From positions 1 to 53,564 of IMG/VR virus record IMGVR_UViG_3300030393_000016: DNA of 53,564 nt; one strand, given 5' to 3'. A program made the translations under genes and the position numbers. The DNA comes from a virus. Its lineage: Duplodnaviria > Caudoviricetes. The notes beneath the pieces are model-generated. The model was not told the origin of the DNA. It worked only from the letters and a program-made list of their open reading frames with translations, and did not search any database. This document shows positions 46,601 to 53,564 of the stretch, piece by piece (positions within the stretch are counted from its first letter, which is position 1; each line of letters opens with the position of its first letter).

Positions 46601-48000
46601 ATCGTTTACGAATGGCTAAAATAACAGAGCAAGGCGAGAATAATAAAATAGATAAACTTCAAGAACAATTTGAAGCTGAAAGAATAGTAAGAAAAACAGC
46701 TCATAATTACGAACTAACCGCTTTAGGGGCTAATGAAATAGCTAAGGAAGAACTACAGCGAGAATTTGATAGTAAGGAACTACAAAGGCAAGAAGCGCAT
46801 CTAAAAGAACTTTTAGATACTAAGGTAGCGATACTACAAGATCGAAATAAGAACATTGATTTTAGTTTGTTAACTCCTGAACAGCGAACAGCAATGGAGC
46901 AGGAAATAGCAGATCTAAAACTAAAGATATCTGAAATTGTAAAAGCTAAAGGAGATCTTTCTAGGAAAGGAGGAACAGACAATGTAGCTGATGCTTTCGG
47001 GCAGGCATTCGGCAGTGCTGATGTACTTGGGTATACTGCCGATCAGTGGGGTGCTACCTTTAGTAGTCTTGATACATTATCAGAAAAACTAGAAGCTACA
47101 AAAATGGTCATTGGCTCATTGCAGAATGTCTGGGGAACATACAATGAGTTTGTTAATTCTAATGAAAATGCACAGGTAAGAAGTTTTGCGAGCAATACTG
47201 ATTATAAAAAGAAGAGGTTAAAATGGCAATTAGATAATGGTTTCATTAACCAGGTACAATATACTCGAGAAGTTGAGCGACTTGATACAGAACTGGATCA
47301 TAAAAAGGCTGATGTTGAGTATAAGCAGGCTAAACGACAAAAAGCAATGGCAGCGATAAATATTCTTTTGAATACCTCTCAGGCTATTATGGGTATATGG
47401 GCACAAGTACCGAAATTCGATTTTGGTGTATCAGCTGGATTACTTACTAAAGTAGTCGCTGCTCTAGGAGCTGTGCAATTAGGTATGGTTTTAAAACAAC
47501 CGTTACCAGCTCGAGGGTATGAAAAGGGGCTTTATCCTGAATACGTAAAAAGAGAGCAAGATGGAAAACTATTCCGATCAACTTATGGAGGTACAACCCG
47601 ATCAGGATTAGTTACAAAACCTACACACTTTTTAACGGGAGAGAATGGTCCTGAAATGATAATTGACAGTAAGGCTTACAGGCAAATGTCACCCGAAACT
47701 AAAAATGCATTAGTGCGAGAGCTTCGCGGTATTAAAGGTTTTGAACAAGGGTATTATAGCGACAAACTAAAAGAATCACGTTATGAAGTACCTGGAGCTG
47801 CTACTGCACCACAAAACACTACAGAAAATACAATATCTACAGAATATCTATTAAGTGTTATTAGTCGTAATAGTGATATTATGGAGCGCGCTATAGAGGA
47901 AGGCTTTACAGGCTACTTCTCAAGAGATCCTCGCGACCTTAATAAACTGAAGAAAGAAATGGATCGTATTGAAAAATCAAAAGAAAAAGCAAGGAACTAA
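43651..48000 (+). CDS. Tail tape measure protein
   Basis: 1449-aa Ala/Lys/Glu-rich helical protein with hydrophobic segments; GENGPEMII near the C-terminus. Confidence 0.92.
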   Translation: MAKKISDEKLKLTIIINGNEAQKELFDLEKSMRDLNGQQKELRKEKQLLEKQNKKSTNRYKAVNKAIRENNATLRVNKTRMKELQDQIGLTGLTFSQLRNKANLLRLKLQHVIPGSTDYKRYDAELKQITARMDQLKGKSRAAAWSIGGLADKFNRFAALGATLVAMTTGVILSLQKMIDYNGKLAGAQSNVRKTVGLTKKEVDELTKSFGMLRSRTARIDLLKIAEEGGRIGIVKDEIQEFVGVMDKANVALGDSFKGGPEEVAEKLGKIKFLFKETKEMGVQESYMAIGSAINELGANGLASERNIANFTNRIGSLTDVLKPSVSETLALGAAFEESGIEAEVSSRAYNIFMKQAANHAGKFGKVMGKSREEIEALINANPLEFMLQFSEGLRGMNATNVAKTLKYLGLNADGANKAIGAMGNNTDRFRELLILSNEAFEEGTSLIDEYNIKNNDLEATLSKIKKTVTGWFSSEGLVAWLAAAAEWFAKFIGATDDADGSGKKWRDTLAFTAKALAVVIAAMVTSTAWMKLMLLWQTRNTQAGLLYNLGLKTKAALEAIAVVRTRAMVLAQNLLNLNIRGSIQAFKALSAAMMTTPFGLILGIIAAVTTAYIAFRDSANEAAAAVKTISATADVQNEHMKALSKTTTELKSKIEPLIKILKDESASLAIRKIAYENLIKISPDFIDTVDKEFKATNKLTEAYDALIKKLDQAALAKAREKVRKDRSNAVADAEAAEFDAKLKADAEAAENERKRKSNEKEAAKALERMRTSTSEYAGYHARQENYSYEAQEAYEKAKKEHAEARKALQNFSDYQSETIAKLQEELKKHKEGSKEALRIQAEIDALLGNIGSSTTPNGNSGYTVVEEGAEKATQKSHDKRMKALEKFQAEILGLSRKSIDARLALMEEGIDKEEAIEIESHRRKVEGLKKQLIAQDDIRNADKKISDPKSSEQDVAYWTKQKEVWLEKNKHIYELLELQLYTHRLRMAKITEQGENNKIDKLQEQFEAERIVRKTAHNYELTALGANEIAKEELQREFDSKELQRQEAHLKELLDTKVAILQDRNKNIDFSLLTPEQRTAMEQEIADLKLKISEIVKAKGDLSRKGGTDNVADAFGQAFGSADVLGYTADQWGATFSSLDTLSEKLEATKMVIGSLQNVWGTYNEFVNSNENAQVRSFASNTDYKKKRLKWQLDNGFINQVQYTREVERLDTELDHKKADVEYKQAKRQKAMAAINILLNTSQAIMGIWAQVPKFDFGVSAGLLTKVVAALGAVQLGMVLKQPLPARGYEKGLYPEYVKREQDGKLFRSTYGGTTRSGLVTKPTHFLTGENGPEMIIDSKAYRQMSPETKNALVRELRGIKGFEQGYYSDKLKESRYEVPGAATAPQNTTENTISTEYLLSVISRNSDIMERAIEEGFTGYFSRDPRDLNKLKKEMDRIEKSKEKARN

Positions 48001-48395
48001 TGAACTTCTCAATAAACAAAACCTTTAAAGATAGTAGCGTTAATGCGCTATTAGATAATTTGTATTATCAACTTGAAAAACATTTTCCCGAAGTTGATAC
48101 AAGTAAAAATTTTGTACTTACAGGCAGGGCTGCTGCTATACTACAAGGTAGTGAAGCAAATGACCTCGATAACATTGTATTTATCACCAGTGATAAAGAT
48201 GTATTTTCTTTTGTACAGCAAAAGTTAAATCAATACCTCAAGACTAAAGGTGCAGTACTGTTTAAAGAAAGAGTATTGTTTTATTTTGACGGCTTGCATC
48301 TTGAGATATGGACTACTGATGATGCTTTAAATGTGGTGAATAAGAACCAAATTTTTATACAACATATTGACGATATAAACCCAGTACTATTATGA
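48000..48395 (+). CDS. Nucleotidyltransferase-fold-like small protein
   Basis: FVLTGRAAAILQG..DLDNIVF. Confidence 0.45.
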   Translation: MNFSINKTFKDSSVNALLDNLYYQLEKHFPEVDTSKNFVLTGRAAAILQGSEANDLDNIVFITSDKDVFSFVQQKLNQYLKTKGAVLFKERVLFYFDGLHLEIWTTDDALNVVNKNQIFIQHIDDINPVLL

Positions 48396-50518
48396 GTTTA
48401 CTTACCTTAAATCCTGTACAACAAAACATACAAGTATTTAGTACTGCGTTTGTACAGGACTGGGATTTTAATCCTGATGAAATAATTATAGATTATTACC
48501 AGGGCACACCCATGCCTAACCCTATTGTGGGAACTACTAAAATAAAAGATATACTAGGCACTCCTGCAGTAAATGGAATGACTGATATTCGATATCGTAC
48601 TTATGTACAGGTAAGTGGGTTTCCAGAGTGTGTAGTAATGAGTGGTGATCTCTATACAGGTAGTACCGCTACTAACCCTATTACAGCAAGTGGTATTCAG
48701 GGAACAATGACATATACTTTCCAAAATTTAAACTTACTACCTGTAAGTAGTGGTAACGGTTATGTGTTCAATATGAAACACGTAATTTATGGCACAAGTG
48801 AAAGTACTGGAGGTACAATTACACTAGCTTCAAAAACTTTTCCTATTAGAATAAATGTATATCCTGACACCGCCCCTATCATCTCCCCTGCTGCACCTCA
48901 TTTTGTTTGGCAAATAGGCAATCAGGAAGCAATGACAGTACCGCTTACAATCAATGCTCCGCATTGGGATATTCGAATACCTGCTATATTATTCCCTGGA
49001 GGTTCAGGATTTGATATTGCAACCTTACCTGAAGGAGGAAATATAGTATCAGGTACAGGAGAAACAACAATTGACCTGCTATTGTTTTCTACTATCGAAA
49101 CCTACGATACGTCAAGTAATCCCTTTACTATCGAATTAATTGTAAATGGGGGATTAATGACTATCCCGGTGCAGATAATGATTCTCCAAAACTCGGGAAT
49201 GTTTTTAGAAAAAACAGCATTGTATTTTGAAGCCTATAAAGGTATTACTACTCCTGAAACACAACATATACAAACCTACTACCCTGGGCAATATAATTTC
49301 ATTGTTCCACCTTGGTTAACAGTAGTGCCTGCCCCTGCTAGTTATAGTAATAACCTTGGTTTCTCGGTACTCAATGCTGACTCAATGGAACCAGGTATAT
49401 ACGAGGCTGATGTTATCGTAATTAATTCTGAAAATAGTCAGGAACTAGCTACTATTCAAGTAGTGTATAATGTTATCGGTAATATACATCTGCCCTATCC
49501 AAAAGGTGGCAATGCTTTTACACTCGATAATAATATTGTTACCTTCTCTTCTCAGCAAGAAAACACTTATTATGATGTAGTGCTCAAAGCACGTGTATTT
49601 GCTTTTTATACCAACGAACCAAAAGACTACAGTTTTACATTTAAAGTGCCATTGTTTAATAAAAAGCAAGAGATCAATATTGGTAAAAAAGTAGATCGAT
49701 TAATGAGCACTATGCCTGATTTTACTACTCACGATACAACTCCATATTTACCTGCTCAAATAGGGCTTGATATTACAGAAAAGAGTTTTTCTGATCCTGA
49801 TTACACACAGGAATATCAAATTGAGAATATCAATTTCATAGCAGGCCTCTCTCCAGAACTATACAATGGTAGTGGTTTTTTAGAGGTAAATACATTACCC
49901 TCAAGACAAACTCCCAATAGTTATGCGTACTTAAATGTACTTGTGGCCAACTATCCTTATTTGAAGATCTTTAAAAATGGAGAGCTTCTTACTACTATAG
50001 GACTATTACAGGGAATTGTTAGTTTAAAAGTGAATTTTGAAACGTATCAAGCTAAACAAGGTGATATTTTTGAATACCAAATAGAAACCTCACAAGGCAA
50101 CTTTTCTAAACAGTATAAAATTTTCCCTCCAGGATATGATTCTAATACGATTGTTTGGGAAAATGAATACAAATTAAAAAGCGCACTAGAGTTTACAGGA
50201 AAATACACCTTAAAGGCTACTCTGGAGAACCGTGGCCAGTCGCTACAGAAAAACTTAGTCGCAGCACTTGTAAAGCTGGAGAATAACAAAACCTATAAAT
50301 TAACGATCAATACAGGTTATATCTTAAAATCAGATGTGCCAAGTATAGAGAGTCTTTGTAGGGCCAAGAGAGCTGCATTGGTATTACCAAATCAAACAAT
50401 AAACTTAGTACCTATACAAAAAACAATTACAGCTATAGATAGTGATGCTGCATTAATTGCCTATGATATAGAGTTTGAAATAAACAGAACATACGATGAG
50501 GAAGTTTATACATTCTAG
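48392..50518 (+). CDS. Tail protein with Ig/BACON-like domains
   Basis: Beta-rich; VPPWLTV..PGIYEADV; C-terminal IVWENEY..FTG..INTG. Confidence 0.6.
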   Translation: MSLLTLNPVQQNIQVFSTAFVQDWDFNPDEIIIDYYQGTPMPNPIVGTTKIKDILGTPAVNGMTDIRYRTYVQVSGFPECVVMSGDLYTGSTATNPITASGIQGTMTYTFQNLNLLPVSSGNGYVFNMKHVIYGTSESTGGTITLASKTFPIRINVYPDTAPIISPAAPHFVWQIGNQEAMTVPLTINAPHWDIRIPAILFPGGSGFDIATLPEGGNIVSGTGETTIDLLLFSTIETYDTSSNPFTIELIVNGGLMTIPVQIMILQNSGMFLEKTALYFEAYKGITTPETQHIQTYYPGQYNFIVPPWLTVVPAPASYSNNLGFSVLNADSMEPGIYEADVIVINSENSQELATIQVVYNVIGNIHLPYPKGGNAFTLDNNIVTFSSQQENTYYDVVLKARVFAFYTNEPKDYSFTFKVPLFNKKQEINIGKKVDRLMSTMPDFTTHDTTPYLPAQIGLDITEKSFSDPDYTQEYQIENINFIAGLSPELYNGSGFLEVNTLPSRQTPNSYAYLNVLVANYPYLKIFKNGELLTTIGLLQGIVSLKVNFETYQAKQGDIFEYQIETSQGNFSKQYKIFPPGYDSNTIVWENEYKLKSALEFTGKYTLKATLENRGQSLQKNLVAALVKLENNKTYKLTINTGYILKSDVPSIESLCRAKRAALVLPNQTINLVPIQKTITAIDSDAALIAYDIEFEINRTYDEEVYTF

Positions 50519-52316
50519 TTTTGAGATAGATCTATCAGTATATGAAATTACTGATACGGCCGAGAACCCTTGGTTTACAGAAAACTATTTCGCGAAATAT
50601 AGCTATCCTTTCGAAATACCCCTAACCGACAAGTATAACAACGCTATGGGGTTTATTGATACTATTAATTCAAAATCGAACGAAACGTTATTTGAGGGGG
50701 TCTATGTACATGATAACGTTATGGAGAAGGCAATACTCGAGATAGAAGAGTATGAACAGGCACTATCGGTTACACTTCGGTATGGACTCGAGGATTTTCC
50801 GAATTTTAAAAAGAAATTATCTGAATTACAACTCATACGTATGCCTGTAGATAATATCTACGAGCATGCTGCAGGGGTGATTGCTCAAACGTGGCCTGCA
50901 GTTAACTATAACTTTCCGCAAATTCATACGGATAAGATTGAGCCTGAAGATAATGATACATGGTTTGCCTTTGAAAAAATCATCAACAACTATAAGAATG
51001 GAGCTTTCCTGATTAATGAAGTTGATACAGTAGAAGAAATAACCTATAATAGAAATATTATTCAACCTGTTCCTTACCTACTCTACTTATTACAGGCAGG
51101 TGTGGCCGATGCTGGATATACATTGCATGGCGATATACTGCAAGATGAAACCTTGCAAAAAACATTAGTCTATTCTGACAATGAATACTACTCGAATATC
51201 TCTCAAGAAAGTACCGCTTTCCAGATGTTGGCTAAAGATTATGATACCATGTCCTCTCTCGAACCACCCTATATTTACATGGATCGGAATTTTCCAATTC
51301 CGCAACCAGGTAGATATCGCATTACAGGAACTGTAAGGCTTCGTCGTGTTATTGTAGGTGCACCCACTCGGTTTAAAGTCTATTACAGAGAAACATTAGT
51401 ATATGAAACCTCCTTTAGTTTTTGGCAGGATTTTATCACATTCATTGATTTTGATTTAGATATAACAATTGATACTATAGCCGATGGTAATCCTGATTAC
51501 CTTCAATTTTCTTTTGATACAGGCTACAATGAGGATGATGTACTGCTAGCGGTAGATATTAATCCTGTATTTTTATATAACGATACCGGAGCAGCTGTAC
51601 CTTCAATTCTAAACCCGAATAATATCGAATTGAATAGAGCTGTTCCTGATATGCTTTTTGGTGATTTATTTAAAACGATACTTACATTAAAAAGAATGTC
51701 TATCGATATAAAAGATAAGCAAGTATGGGTAAACTTTATTAGTAATGAAATGGCAACTAAGCCAATCATCGATCTATCTGCATTCGAAATAAAGTTTCCT
51801 AAAAGAACATTTAGCCGTGGGAGTTCCTTTCTACTCAAGTATGAAGATCCTGGTTCTGAAGATTACCTGTATGCCGAGGTGTTTCAAGATACAGCTGGAG
51901 CTGTTACTACAGGGTTTACTAAAGATGATAAAACAACCGAAACGGTGCTAAAAGCATTACCATTGCCGTTACTTCATCGTAATAACGTACAAACAGCTTA
52001 TGCCTTTAGTAGTGATAACGCTAAACCTTTATTCGTTTTATATGATGGGGTCACTGCAGGAGTTAATAGTAGTAAAGATCCTGCACCGTTGTTACTACCA
52101 TCATTACACCAACAACATCATTACAGCTGGTATGCAGCACGAATAAAAGGACAAGCGGTGTCATGGCAGTTCCTAGCCCACACAGAACAGCTGCAAGGCT
52201 TAACCGCTAAAAGCAGAATACATGCTTACAGCACAATTCATTTGGTTAAGTCTTTACAGAAAACACAAGTAAGTCCTGATTTATTTGAGGTTGAAATTGA
52301 AACGGAAATCATTTAA
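50496..52316 (+). CDS. Tail tip / baseplate hub-like protein
   Basis: ENPWF..YSYPFEIP N-terminus; last late gene. Confidence 0.6.
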   Translation: MRKFIHSSFEIDLSVYEITDTAENPWFTENYFAKYSYPFEIPLTDKYNNAMGFIDTINSKSNETLFEGVYVHDNVMEKAILEIEEYEQALSVTLRYGLEDFPNFKKKLSELQLIRMPVDNIYEHAAGVIAQTWPAVNYNFPQIHTDKIEPEDNDTWFAFEKIINNYKNGAFLINEVDTVEEITYNRNIIQPVPYLLYLLQAGVADAGYTLHGDILQDETLQKTLVYSDNEYYSNISQESTAFQMLAKDYDTMSSLEPPYIYMDRNFPIPQPGRYRITGTVRLRRVIVGAPTRFKVYYRETLVYETSFSFWQDFITFIDFDLDITIDTIADGNPDYLQFSFDTGYNEDDVLLAVDINPVFLYNDTGAAVPSILNPNNIELNRAVPDMLFGDLFKTILTLKRMSIDIKDKQVWVNFISNEMATKPIIDLSAFEIKFPKRTFSRGSSFLLKYEDPGSEDYLYAEVFQDTAGAVTTGFTKDDKTTETVLKALPLPLLHRNNVQTAYAFSSDNAKPLFVLYDGVTAGVNSSKDPAPLLLPSLHQQHHYSWYAARIKGQAVSWQFLAHTEQLQGLTAKSRIHAYSTIHLVKSLQKTQVSPDLFEVEIETEII

Positions 52317-53564
52317 TGGTAAGCAATTACCTGTTACTTTACTCTCATTAGTAGTAGGGGCAAATGTATTGGTCATAGAGCGAACACTATTCATTTCTCT
52401 ATTCGAATAACCTACATCGTAATGTTTTTTAATCATTGCAGTTGATGTATGCCCTGCTGCTTTTGCAGCATCCTTGGCCGATCTACGTTCGGCAATCTCT
52501 GTAAGGTTACTATGTTTTAAGCTGTAAATATCTGCTGTAATGTTCAGTTTCTTTTTTACATGCTCTCTCCATCTACGAGTAACCTGATCGCGCCTGATGC
52601 GTTGCTCTCCAGGAACAAGACCTACCGAAAATATATAATCTCCTTTTTTAGCCCCTAACAACGCTTTTTCCCAATAGGGTACAGCTATTTTTTTTATAGG
52701 CAATATTTTTATTTTAGGCTTCCCTCCTTTCAATACTTCTACTTTTAGCTCGAGGTTGATTAAATCAACATCTTCATATTTTACCTTCAGTAATTCTACC
52801 TCTCTACATCCTGAATGAAAGAATACATTACAAAATAACATAAAGTTAGGATAGTTTACACTAAGATGGTTCTGTATCAGCTTACGCTGTGTTGCTGTTA
52901 AAGTTTCTCGAGGTTGTATGATCGTCTTTTTTTTCTCATAACCTTCCATTGGATTAATTTTTATAATCCCTTTATGTTTAAGTATTGAAAAAAGACGATG
53001 CAGATATCCCTGATATTTATTGTATCTCTTATCAGAGAGCTTCCTTACATTTCTCACAAGGTTATCCATTATTAAATCAATATGCACTCCTATAATAGTA
53101 TTTACAGGGGCATAATCGTACTTTAATTGTACAGCTGATTCAATAAAGTATTTTAAGACAGAACGAAAATCTTTTTTAGTATCTCCTTCATAGCGTGCTA
53201 ACTCAATTCCTAGTGCTAAAGCATCTTTTAAAGGCATAGTACCATCTAGTTTTGCTTTACTACCATTAATCTTAGTAGGCATAAAAATTTTAGTAATAGG
53301 ATTGAATCCCTCTTTCTCTAGTAGTATAGGTATCTGATCTAATAGAAGTCTTATAGCTTCTTTTCTTCCCTCAAGAGTTTTAATTTTATTAAGCTTTTTT
53401 CTAAAAGGAAAACCATTGGGATACTTTTCTTTAAAAGCAGGGTCATAGAAATTACACTGAATATACCAATTATCATTTAAAGCCGACTTAGCTTTAACTG
53501 TTTTCCAGTTTTTAGGTGATACCCATATATCCGAAAATGAGCATCCATTAAAAGTTTTTGTCAT
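52281..53564 (-). CDS. int: Tyrosine integrase
   Basis: SGCREVEL, LKGG, YSLKHS, AGHTS..KHY; located at the prophage end. Confidence 0.92.
   Translation of the reverse strand: MTKTFNGCSFSDIWVSPKNWKTVKAKSALNDNWYIQCNFYDPAFKEKYPNGFPFRKKLNKIKTLEGRKEAIRLLLDQIPILLEKEGFNPITKIFMPTKINGSKAKLDGTMPLKDALALGIELARYEGDTKKDFRSVLKYFIESAVQLKYDYAPVNTIIGVHIDLIMDNLVRNVRKLSDKRYNKYQGYLHRLFSILKHKGIIKINPMEGYEKKKTIIQPRETLTATQRKLIQNHLSVNYPNFMLFCNVFFHSGCREVELLKVKYEDVDLINLELKVEVLKGGKPKIKILPIKKIAVPYWEKALLGAKKGDYIFSVGLVPGEQRIRRDQVTRRWREHVKKKLNITADIYSLKHSNLTEIAERRSAKDAAKAAGHTSTAMIKKHYDVGYSNREMNSVRSMTNTFAPTTNESKVTGNCLPLNDFRFNFNLK

Larger units (their letters stand above)
6893..53564. mobile_element. Temperate siphovirus-like prophage integrated at tRNA-His; other att expected just beyond the window
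   Basis: att core, repressors, replication protein, lysis trio, S49 protease, capsid, terminase, portal, tape measure protein, tail genes, integrase. Confidence 0.93.

Noticed and set aside
43608-46982. Several minus-strand ORFs within the tape measure gene
   Set aside because: Antisense shadows of Ala/Glu/Lys-rich coding sequence.

Overview
AT-rich DNA that looks like Flavobacteriaceae/Bacteroidetes, judged from TAnnTTTG promoters, no Shine-Dalgarno sites and protein families typical of the group. Protein calls are from motif recognition only; no database search was run. Layout from left to right: (1) a host yyaL-like gene; (2) two tandem putative LytTR-regulated small-RNA units; (3) a membrane gene with an Abi-like signature; (4) a 3.5-kb integrase-less islet between two identical tRNA-His 3'-half att repeats, carrying a CoiA-like PD-(D/E)xK nuclease/coiled-coil gene, a 321-codon overlapping +1 frame and a TIR gene; (5) an apparently near-complete ~47-kb siphovirus-like prophage running to the window edge, with immunity, replication, lysis, head, terminase, portal, tape measure, tail and tyrosine integrase genes. 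Prophage morons include an ArdA plus truncated HsdM-like cassette, a CI/c4-like RNA switch, lipoproteins, and a four-gene operon of C5 MTase, GHKL(MORC-like)-histidine kinase fusion, receiver protein and caspase-fold protease with no restriction nuclease. The best novelty candidates are that four-gene operon, the dual-coded nuclease/coiled-coil gene, and a 20-nt sRNA seed shared by host and prophage that is complementary to the start regions of several accessory genes.
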